Source of the DNA: Deltaproteobacteria bacterium
GTDB taxonomy: Bacteria; Desulfobacterota; Desulfobacteria; Desulfobacterales; JAHEIW01
Length of the DNA stretch: 64,000 nt
Assembly: GCA_024639185.1 (NCBI GenBank)
Contig: JAHEIW010000011.1
Span: 976-64,975, forward strand
Direction of reading: 5' to 3'
The position numbers were made by a program, and so were the translations under genes. Under the pieces are notes generated by a model. The model saw only the letters and a list, made by a program, of their open reading frames with translations, was not told the origin of the DNA and made no database searches. Positions 9,427 to 17,716 of this stretch are shown one piece after another. How positions within the stretch are numbered: the stretch's first letter is position 1; each line of letters starts with the position of its first letter.

Positions 9427-9992
9427 TATTTTTGCTTCATTTTTTTTCCGACATTCCAGCACCTGGCTACGGTTTGGCCAATCGACCAGTACTGCACACT
9501 GCTCATGTCAAACAATAGGGGTTTCACACGGCTAAGATCCACCCTGCCGTCTACGAGCACGGACTCTTCGGCATACGTTTCGACAATTTCACCGATAAAC
9601 AGATCATGGGTGGGGGTGTCGTAGACATCATAAAGCGTGCACTCCATGTTGATCGGGCATTCGCTGATCATGGGCGCGCTTTCCAGCTGACCGTAAAAAA
9701 TCTCGAATACATCGGATTTATCTTTTTTCTTGCCGCTGACCAGACCGACGTAATCGGTGGCCACAACCATATCTTCGGATGGAATGTTGACACTGAAAGC
9801 CTTGTTCTCTTTGATGCCGGCATTGGTATAGTGGGGCTTGCCCATGCTGAGCGATATCAGAAAGGGTTTGGCGTGATTGACGATGCCGATGTGGGCGATG
9901 GTGATAAAGTTGTGCCTGCCTTCTACTTTAGCGCCTACAATCGTCGTTGGTGTTGGATATAGCAGATTGATGCCGTCGAGCGTTTTTTTCAT
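9426..9992 (-). CDS. flavin reductase-like (flavoredoxin) domain protein
   Basis: 189 aa counted from MKKTLDGINLLYPTPTTIVGA. Typical flavin_reduct/flavoredoxin N-terminus. The upstream part of the 270-aa track ORF overlaps lgt and looks non-coding. Confidence 0.75.
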   Translation of the reverse strand: MKKTLDGINLLYPTPTTIVGAKVEGRHNFITIAHIGIVNHAKPFLISLSMGKPHYTNAGIKENKAFSVNIPSEDMVVATDYVGLVSGKKKDKSDVFEIFYGQLESAPMISECPINMECTLYDVYDTPTHDLFIGEIVETYAEESVLVDGRVDLSRVKPLLFDMSSVQYWSIGQTVARCWNVGKKMKQK

Positions 9993-10015
9993 CACGTGCC
10001 TCCACTGATTTTCTG

Positions 10016-10861
10016 TTACACCTTCTGCTGGGTTTGCCGCAAATATAAATACAGGCCTATTCCGCCTAAAATCATCAGTGCGCAAAGAATTTGTCCCATG
10101 GAAAAGGACAGAAAGATAAAGCCGATATGGGCGTCGGGCTGGCGAAAAAATTCGATAAAAAACCGCACCGTCCCATAGCCGATCACATAAAAGGCCAGCA
10201 TGGCGCCTCTGGGTTTTTTTATCTTGCGGATGCTCCATAGGATAACAAAAAGAAAAATGCCTTCAAAAAAAGCTTCGTATAGCTGGGATGGATGCCGCAG
10301 GGCTGTGTTAGGCGCCTGAGGAAAAACCATGCCGATCGGTGCGGTGGTTATGCGCCCGAATAACTCCCCGTTCATAAAATTTCCAAGCCGGCCAAAAGTA
10401 TAACCCAGGGGCACTACGGTAAAATATAAATCCATCACATCCCAGAATTCCAGTTTGTTCTTGCGGATGTACCAGGTGACAGCCAACAATGCCCCGATCA
10501 AGCCGCCATGGTATGACATGCCCGAGATACCGGTAAAGGCAAAGCCGTTTGAGAATGAAAACGGCAAAAAGATCTCAAGCGGATGGCGCAGATAATAGGC
10601 TAAATTATAAAACAACACATAGCCCAGACGCGCACCGATAATCAGCCCCAGAATGGCGTAGGTGGTGATATCATTAACCTGATCTTTGCTGAAAGCAAAA
10701 CGTTCCTCATGCGTGATGCGATACAGCACCAGGATATAGGTCAGTGCAAAGGCCACAATATAAGACAATCCATAATACTGGACTTTGAACCAGCCAATTT
10801 CAAACAGAACCGGGCTTATGTTTTGCGGCAGATGCTGCCACCAATCCCAGAATTCACTCAT
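10016..10861 (-). CDS. lgt: prolipoprotein diacylglyceryl transferase
   Basis: 281-aa polytopic membrane protein with the Lgt signature GRLGNFMNGELFGR and a conserved N-terminus (F.IG.F.V.YYG). Confidence 0.93.
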   Translation of the reverse strand: MSEFWDWWQHLPQNISPVLFEIGWFKVQYYGLSYIVAFALTYILVLYRITHEERFAFSKDQVNDITTYAILGLIIGARLGYVLFYNLAYYLRHPLEIFLPFSFSNGFAFTGISGMSYHGGLIGALLAVTWYIRKNKLEFWDVMDLYFTVVPLGYTFGRLGNFMNGELFGRITTAPIGMVFPQAPNTALRHPSQLYEAFFEGIFLFVILWSIRKIKKPRGAMLAFYVIGYGTVRFFIEFFRQPDAHIGFIFLSFSMGQILCALMILGGIGLYLYLRQTQQKV

Positions 10862-11088
10862 CGATAGAGGGTTATCGCTCCTTTCCCATATTTCGGCCCA
10901 TAATATGGTATATATTTTTTAATGTCAAAGTATCGCCCGGGTTGCGTGGGGCTGAAGTGAATCCACACCGTTTTTAGTTGAAATATTTCATAGGTGTGGA
11001 ATACTATAACCTATCTCAAAATGCATTTTTCGCGCCTGCAGCGGACAGGCACCCAAGGGCATTGTCACCCCAAGCGGGATAAAATTTA

Positions 11089-12111
11089 ATGACTTCTCTA
11101 GAATCGACTGCATCCATCTTTGATATCTCTGTCAACCGCGGCAGCTCGGGCGAGTTCATCATCAACTGGAAAACCAAACACCAGCAGCTGCCGATATCCG
11201 TTTATCACGGCACGACTGCTGACACCATCCTGCACAAAATTCCCTTCAAATTAACCAAAGACCCCGCGGCGGTCATCTTATCGCAGCTGGATCCCAGGGT
11301 TCCGCATTATTTTAAAGTCGTTTTTGAAATCGATAAAGCGATCAACGTCGGCGAGCGGCGCCTGCCCCTGCAGGAAACGGTGAACACCCGCGATCTGGGC
11401 GGCTACGAAACCGCGGAAGGCCGCCGGATCAAGTGGGGAAAAGTCTTCCGCTCGGATCACCTGGCCCGGCTGTCGGAAGACGACATTGCTTTTCTGCAGC
11501 AGATGAAGATTCAAAGCGTGTGCGATTTTCGCACTTCAGTTGAGGTCCAAACCAGGCCGGATCGGTTTCCAACCGATGGGTACGGTACCTATATTCACCT
11601 GCCGGTTAACCATCTAAAATTTGAACCCGGTCTCTTATTTGAAAAACTTAAAAATGGAGATGCGAGCTGGTTAACCCCTTCCTTTTTAATTGAAGGCTAT
11701 CATTTAAACCTGGATCAATTTGCCACCACCTGGGGGGACGTTTTCAGGCAGTTGGCGGAGCCAAAGAGCCTGCCGCTGCTTTTTCACTGTACCGGTGGCA
11801 AGGATCGGGCCGGCACTTTTGCAGCCTTGCTTTTGCTTGCACTGGGCGTGCCGGAAGAAACCGTTATCTATGATTACGACCTGTCCAATACCTATATTGC
11901 CGATGTCGTCAATCAGATTTATGCGCAATTTAATATTGATGCCGATTACCGTGAGAAAATTGCGCCTTATTTTTCTGCACCCCAGTACTGCATTGAGGCC
12001 CTGCTTTCCCATCTGCATGATAAATATGGCTCACCCATCAAATACCTCACATCCCGGGCGGGTGTATCAGAGCAGGTGCTGCAAGCAATCAAGTATCAGT
12101 TGCTCGAGTAA
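11089..12111 (+). CDS. protein-tyrosine phosphatase (Y_phosphatase3-like) with a ~90-aa N-terminal extension
   Basis: CX5R active-site loop HCTGGKDRAG. NTRDLGG motif upstream of it. Confidence 0.8.
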   Translation: MTSLESTASIFDISVNRGSSGEFIINWKTKHQQLPISVYHGTTADTILHKIPFKLTKDPAAVILSQLDPRVPHYFKVVFEIDKAINVGERRLPLQETVNTRDLGGYETAEGRRIKWGKVFRSDHLARLSEDDIAFLQQMKIQSVCDFRTSVEVQTRPDRFPTDGYGTYIHLPVNHLKFEPGLLFEKLKNGDASWLTPSFLIEGYHLNLDQFATTWGDVFRQLAEPKSLPLLFHCTGGKDRAGTFAALLLLALGVPEETVIYDYDLSNTYIADVVNQIYAQFNIDADYREKIAPYFSAPQYCIEALLSHLHDKYGSPIKYLTSRAGVSEQVLQAIKYQLLE

Positions 12112-12303
12112 AATTTTCAGATTACGGATTTCTTCCCCTCAGCCCCGGGCTTCTGGCAACTGGCTGCTGGCTTTCAGTCTGGCAATTCAGCAGCTTAGCC
12201 TATTCTTTAACCCATCGAACAGTAAAATAGTCAGTTGACCTGATCCATTTTTAACTATTTAACGAATCAACCATTTAACGATTTAACTTTTCATTTTCTT
12301 AAA

Positions 12304-12332
12304 TTGACATTGCTATAAAAAACCTTTAATAT
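12304..12332 (+). promoter_or_regulatory. sigma70-type promoter candidate upstream of the response regulator
   Basis: TTGACA (12304-12309), a 17-nt spacer, then TAATAT (12327-12332). It lies 117 nt upstream of the ATG at 12449. Confidence 0.4.
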
Positions 12333-12448
12333 CAATTTTGCCATGTAAAACAAGTGATTGACACATCCGGGCAGCATATCAATATGCCGGTAGATTTTGT
12401 CACGTTGAATCGAGCCTATAGTGGATTTATTCAAAATAAAGGTTCCCA

Positions 12449-12838
12449 ATGAAAAAGAAAATATTAGTCGTCGATGATGAAGATTTCCAAAGAGATCTGC
12501 TGAATAAGCTACTGAGCAAGGCAGGTTATACAGTGGCTGAGGCGGAATCACCGGAAGTCGCGCTTGCGCTTATGAGAAATGAGGATTTTCCGGTGATTGT
12601 AACCGATTTGATTATGCTCGATATGGACGGTGTTGAGTTTTGCCAACGAATCAGAGAAAGAAATTCACAGTCGGTCATCATTGCATTAACCGGGTATGCG
12701 GATCTGTACGATCTGCAAAAACTAAAACAGGTTGGCTTTGATAATTATCTGACCAAACCCATCAAGCTGGACAAAATTCAACCGGTTATTGAGGCTGGCT
12801 TTGAAAAAATAAAGCAAAGAAAAAAATACGGTCGTTAA
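12449..12838 (+). CDS. single-domain response regulator (CheY-like receiver)
   Basis: 129 aa. Has the DD...D (VTDLIMLDMDG)...T...K receiver pattern and no output domain. Confidence 0.9.
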   Translation: MKKKILVVDDEDFQRDLLNKLLSKAGYTVAEAESPEVALALMRNEDFPVIVTDLIMLDMDGVEFCQRIRERNSQSVIIALTGYADLYDLQKLKQVGFDNYLTKPIKLDKIQPVIEAGFEKIKQRKKYGR

Positions 12839-12849
12839 GCTCCATATAT

Positions 12850-13956
12850 TTATTTTTTGTTTTTATCATTTTTTGCCAATTGGTCAGGGGCAAAAGATCC
12901 GCGGACAACCTTATTCCTTCCGGAATTTTTTGCATCGTAAAGGTATTGGTCTGCCATCTCGATGAGGTCCTCCGAAGATAAATCCTCCCAAGTCGCGTTT
13001 TTGTCAATACCGGTTATCCCAAAACTGACGGTAATGGAAACCTCCTGCCCTTCCCAGCTAAAATTCTTTTTTGCAATTTGCTTGCGGAGTCTTTCTGCCA
13101 GACGGCTCGCATTCTTGTAGCTGGTCTCAGGCAAAACCAGCAAAAACTCTTCCCCACCATAACGCGCCAGCCAGTCCATATCGGAACGGATCAGCGACAG
13201 GATGTGCTGCACAAATTCCTTGAGGACCATATCACCGCATAAATGACCGAACGTATCGTTGACGCGCTTGAAATGGTCAAGGTCACACAAAGCGACAGAG
13301 AGCGGGTGATGATAACGTGAGGCCCTTTTAATTTCATGTTGCAGGTGTTCATTCAGGTAGCCGCGATTGTAGCAGCCGGTCAGGGAATCTTTTCTGGATA
13401 AAAGCCGTATTTCACCATTGGCCTTTTCCAGTGACTTGTGCTTGCGCTTCAAACGTTCATACAGCAGGGTATTTTCCAGTACCAGTGAGTACTGTTTGGC
13501 CAGCATGGTCAGAAGCTTTATGTTCTCCTGTGTGATGAAGCTTTCTTTAATGGGTGTCTTAATCATGACCACCCCCAGCGTTCGTTTGATGGTGGAAAGC
13601 GGCAACATGACAATTGATTTGCCGTCTTCAAATGCCAGTGCGGGTATGAGCGCGGGCTGCCTGCGATTGATGATCCAGGAAAATATGCCGCATTCAATTT
13701 GATAATCGACTTCTTGTCTGCAGATTTTTTTGCGATCATCGGGTTCGACATATTCTAAAATAAATTCATGGGAATTGTCATCAACCACAAACAACGCGCA
13801 AACCTCAATCTCAATTAAACTGCGCACATCTTCCAGAAACACTTCCCATATCTGCCCGATGGTGGCCGGAAAATCGATCCGGTCCTGAAACTGCCCCATG
13901 TGCTCTATTTTATCAATGAGTTCCAACAGCGCTATTCTTTGTTCTGACATGTCCAC
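12850..13956 (-). CDS. GAF-domain diguanylate cyclase (GGDEF)
   Basis: N-terminal GAF-like region. C-terminal GGDEF domain with an intact GGEEF (RYGGEEFLLVL). Confidence 0.88.
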   Translation of the reverse strand: MDMSEQRIALLELIDKIEHMGQFQDRIDFPATIGQIWEVFLEDVRSLIEIEVCALFVVDDNSHEFILEYVEPDDRKKICRQEVDYQIECGIFSWIINRRQPALIPALAFEDGKSIVMLPLSTIKRTLGVVMIKTPIKESFITQENIKLLTMLAKQYSLVLENTLLYERLKRKHKSLEKANGEIRLLSRKDSLTGCYNRGYLNEHLQHEIKRASRYHHPLSVALCDLDHFKRVNDTFGHLCGDMVLKEFVQHILSLIRSDMDWLARYGGEEFLLVLPETSYKNASRLAERLRKQIAKKNFSWEGQEVSITVSFGITGIDKNATWEDLSSEDLIEMADQYLYDAKNSGRNKVVRGSFAPDQLAKNDKNKK

Positions 13957-14185
13957 TATCTCCTAAGCTCTCAATATCTTATCAGAAATAATTATTAGCG
14001 CAAGCCTTTCAGCTCACCCGGGAGCGCTTTGGCCGGTAACCCTCAATCTGATTTTGCGCTGGATTTTTTTAGCGGTTCGTTGTAGCGTTCAGCTTTATAG
14101 TGGTTGTCAAAAAAACAAGGCGATCTAATCTCTGTGGCGTGCACGGCTTTGAGTTAAATAATGTGAAACTGGCAGTCATTAATAA

Positions 14186-14914
14186 ATGAGCAACAAGCAG
14201 AAAGTAACCTTATTCATTCAGTGTCTGGTGGATACGCATTATCCCGAGGTGGCCGAGGCCATGGTGCGCGTATTGCAGCGACTGGGGATTTCCTTAACCT
14301 GTCCGGGTGATCAAACCTGCTGCGGGCAGCCGGCGTTCAATTCCGGTTATCGCCGCCAGGCGCTGATTGCCGCCAAGCATTTTATTGACGTGTTTAAAGA
14401 TGCGGACACCATTGTCTGTCCCTCAGGCTCATGTGTGAACATGGTGCGGCATCATTATGCGCAGCTGTTTCAAAACGAGCCCCAATGGTTACCCCGCGCC
14501 TTGAATATGGCACGGCGCACATTTGAATTTAGCGAATACCTTGTGGACGTGCTCGACGTTGATGATCTGGGGGCGCACTTTGATGCGCGGGTAACCTATC
14601 ATGATTCCTGCCATTTGATGCGGGGCATCGGTGTCAGGCATCAGCCGCGAACGCTATTGCAGCATGTAGACGGTATCGATTTTATTGAAATGTACAATTC
14701 GGATTATTGCTGCGGATTTGGCGGAACTTTTTCCGTTAAATATCCTGATATTTCAGATGGCATGGTCAGCGATAAGGTTCAAAACATACTGGATACTGAT
14801 GCCAATGCCGTGGTGGGCTGTGATATGGGCTGTCTGATGAACATCCAGGGTAAGCTCAGCCGCCTGGGCTCTTCCATCAAAGTGATGCACCTGGCGCAAA
14901 TCCTTGCCTCTTAG
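14186..14914 (+). CDS. lutA: lactate utilization protein A, (Fe-S)-binding CCG-domain oxidoreductase
   Basis: Two CCG motifs (CCG...C, CCGFGG). Followed by lutB and lutC. Confidence 0.88.
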   Translation: MSNKQKVTLFIQCLVDTHYPEVAEAMVRVLQRLGISLTCPGDQTCCGQPAFNSGYRRQALIAAKHFIDVFKDADTIVCPSGSCVNMVRHHYAQLFQNEPQWLPRALNMARRTFEFSEYLVDVLDVDDLGAHFDARVTYHDSCHLMRGIGVRHQPRTLLQHVDGIDFIEMYNSDYCCGFGGTFSVKYPDISDGMVSDKVQNILDTDANAVVGCDMGCLMNIQGKLSRLGSSIKVMHLAQILAS

Positions 14915-14950
14915 TGCTGCTTTGAATGTGGAGAGGCTAATGACTAATTT

Positions 14951-15015
14951 ATCACGAAAGCACGAAAATACCCAAAATACGAAAAAATTGATTTCGTGCT
15001 TTTGTGGTTTTTTTT
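14951..15015 (+). terminator. intrinsic-terminator-like hairpin between lutA and lutB
   Basis: A ~15-bp stem, atcacgaaagcacgaaa / tttcgtgcttttgtggt with one G-U pair, is followed by eight T (15008-15015). Confidence 0.7.
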
Positions 15016-15051
15016 AAATTTTCTTCATCAATTCCGTCTAAAAAAATTAAA

Positions 15052-16479
15052 ATGACAAAAATAACAACTGAAAATTACGTGCCTGAGGCCAGAAAGGCCA
15101 TTAAAAATCCGGTCCTGCAAAAGGCGCTGGCGGATTTACAGAACCGTTTCGGCCGCGGCACGGCCGAATGTTACCGTCGCTTGCCGGAGGGGCCCGATCT
15201 GCGTTTAAAAGCCCATGAGATCCGGATGAAAACCATTGAAAACCTGGATGTTGTGCTGGAAACCCTGGCCGCCAACATCCGCAAAAACGGCGGTCATGTG
15301 TATTTTGCCAAAGACAGCCAGGCGGCGGTGAATTATTGCCTGAAAGTTGCCCGGCAACACCAGGTCAAACACGTGGTTAAGGGCAAATCCATGGTGAGCG
15401 AAGAGATCGGTTTAAACGATGCCCTTGTCGATGCCGGCATTGAGGTTTCTGAAACGGATCTGGGCGAGTATATCATCCAGTTGGCCGCTGAGACGCCTTC
15501 TCATATCATTGCGCCGGCCATCCACAAAACGCGCCATGATGTTGGCAGCCTGTTTGCCGAAAAGCTGGATATCCCCTACGAGGATGATCCACCCAAATTG
15601 ACCTGGATTGCCAGAAAGGCTTTGCGGCAAAAATTTCTGGCGGCGGATATGGGCACTTCCGGTTGCAATATTGCCTGTGCCGAAACCGGACACATCACAA
15701 CCGTTTCAAACGAAGGCAATATCCGCATGTCAACCACCCTGCCAAAAGTCCACATGGCGTTCATGGGCATGGAGCGTGTTGCCGCCCGTCTGGAAGATCA
15801 CGATATTCTTTTAAGGCTTCTGTGCCGGGGGGCTGCGGCCCAAAATATGGCCACCTACGTCAGCTATATTGGCGGCCCCCGCCAGGCGGATCAGGCCGAT
15901 GGGCCCCGGGAGTTTCACCTGGTTATTCTGGATAACGGGCGCAGCCGGATTCTGGCCGATCCTGAATTTCGCGAGATGCTATGCTGCATCCGGTGTGCGG
16001 CCTGCCTGAATGTGTGCCCGGTTTATGCCAAGATTGGCGGGCATTCCTACGGATACGCCTATACCGGACCGGTAGGCGCGGTGGTCACACCTTTGCTGGT
16101 GGGGATTAATCGCGCCAAGGACCTGTGTCAGGGGGAGACCCTGTGCGGTGCCTGCCAGGTTGCCTGTGCCGTCAATATCGATCTGCCGCGCATGCTGCTG
16201 GCCTTGCGGGAAAAACTGGCCGAAGGTGATCCGGCCTGGCAGGTAAATCCGGCAGATCGTAAGGAAAGACTTTTATGGCAGGCCTGGTCCTGGATCATCC
16301 GCAATCGGTCTGTTTACGACCTTGCCCTGCGATTAGCGGCTGTGGGACAAAAACTGATGCCGCAGCGAAACGGTATGATCCGCCGCCTGCCGCCGCCGGT
16401 CAATGGCTGGACGCAGGGGCGGGATTTAAAGCCGTTGGCCAATCAAAGCTTTATACGACGCTGGAAAAAAGGCCTTTAG
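15052..16479 (+). CDS. lutB: lactate utilization protein B, 4Fe-4S ferredoxin-type / LUD-domain protein
   Basis: Two ferredoxin-type Cys clusters (CIRCAACLNVCP, CGACQVAC) and typical LutB length. ATG at 15052 preferred because the track start at 15004 lies inside the terminator hairpin. Confidence 0.88.
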   Translation: MTKITTENYVPEARKAIKNPVLQKALADLQNRFGRGTAECYRRLPEGPDLRLKAHEIRMKTIENLDVVLETLAANIRKNGGHVYFAKDSQAAVNYCLKVARQHQVKHVVKGKSMVSEEIGLNDALVDAGIEVSETDLGEYIIQLAAETPSHIIAPAIHKTRHDVGSLFAEKLDIPYEDDPPKLTWIARKALRQKFLAADMGTSGCNIACAETGHITTVSNEGNIRMSTTLPKVHMAFMGMERVAARLEDHDILLRLLCRGAAAQNMATYVSYIGGPRQADQADGPREFHLVILDNGRSRILADPEFREMLCCIRCAACLNVCPVYAKIGGHSYGYAYTGPVGAVVTPLLVGINRAKDLCQGETLCGACQVACAVNIDLPRMLLALREKLAEGDPAWQVNPADRKERLLWQAWSWIIRNRSVYDLALRLAAVGQKLMPQRNGMIRRLPPPVNGWTQGRDLKPLANQSFIRRWKKGL

Positions 16480-16549
16480 AATGGTGATCGAAGAGATGAA
16501 CAACAATGGATAGCGGGCATATCATTTTCCGATAGAAAGTTCGAATGAA

Positions 16550-17308
16550 ATGAGAGATTCAGGACAAGAACCGTTTATAAATACCGTCAAAAAGGCTTTG
16601 GGAAAATCGCAGGCTGCATCCGGCAGTCAGGCCGATTTGTTTGGCGGTGATATGTCCGCTGAAAGCCGGGCGATATTAGAGCGCATTCAAAACCGCAGTG
16701 CGGTGGAGCGCAAAAGACTGCTCGACACCTTAATTAAAGCCGCCGGTCCCATCAACCTGAAAGTAATTCCCTGTGACGGCATCAACACCGTAACCGATGC
16801 CATCGCGGCATTGGTCCGGGCAAAAGATCCCGAATGGGGTGAGCAAAAACGGGTCGTGGCCTGGGCCCACCCGCTGATTGAACGCCTGAGCCTGCCGGCT
16901 GCTTTGGCCGAACAAAATGTAGGTTTGTTTGTCACCGAGTCGAAAAATACCACGGAAAAAGACATCCGACAGCAGGTTGTCGATGCTTACATAGGTGTGA
17001 CCTCGGCCGATTTTTGCATGGCTGACACTGCCACTGTGGTGATGCGGGCCCGGCCCGGCCATGCGCGTATCGTATCGCTGGTGCCGGCTATTCATATCGC
17101 TGTCATTAAGCTCGATCAGATCGTTGCCGATTTAAAAGAGCTCTACGCCCTGCTTAAATGGGACCCGCATGAGCGGCTGCAGGGCTTATCCAATTGTCTG
17201 ACGTTTATATCCGGCCCCAGTAAGACCGCCGATATCGAAGCCACCATGGTGCATGGCGCCCATGGCCCGCGGGAAGTCCACCTTTTTGTGATTACCGCCC
17301 ATGATTGA
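16550..17308 (+). CDS. lutC: lactate utilization protein C (LUD domain)
   Basis: Sits after lutAB. LUD-domain-like C-terminal region (SGPSKTADIE...). Confidence 0.75.
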   Translation: MRDSGQEPFINTVKKALGKSQAASGSQADLFGGDMSAESRAILERIQNRSAVERKRLLDTLIKAAGPINLKVIPCDGINTVTDAIAALVRAKDPEWGEQKRVVAWAHPLIERLSLPAALAEQNVGLFVTESKNTTEKDIRQQVVDAYIGVTSADFCMADTATVVMRARPGHARIVSLVPAIHIAVIKLDQIVADLKELYALLKWDPHERLQGLSNCLTFISGPSKTADIEATMVHGAHGPREVHLFVITAHD

Positions 17309-17716
17309 TCCTAAGACCCGTCAGATCACCGAAAAAAATTCGCATCCTTTTTTCGGAACAGTATGATGACAAGCGGTATAACGTATGGCCGCCAGAATTT
17401 GATCGGCTTGATTGCGGCTTCCTGCAGAAGTTAAACACCGATATATAAATTCAAAAAAACTATTTTGTGTGCCTTGAAATTGACACCCATTTGCTTCGTT
17501 CCTATCTTCCCCGCATGCCTTTAGAAAACAATACTTGAATAGAATTCATTAATGTACACATATTAATCTAAAGTTTGACCTTTTGGAAAGTCCGCCCAGT
17601 GAACGTATCTGTGGATTTTGACAATAGCAGGATGTTGGGAAGAAGATTGAGTCGGGAAGACAGTCAAGCTTTGTGCAAGAAGTTGTTCTAATCTAACTCT
17701 TTTTGGAGGCACAAAA

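Noticed and set aside
12183-12198. Sigma54-type promoter (TGGCA-N..-GC) upstream of the response regulator
   Set aside because: The -24 GG and -12 GC spacing fits, but the -12 element reads CAGC instead of TTGC. The site lies within a small hairpin 250 nt from the gene. The support is too weak.
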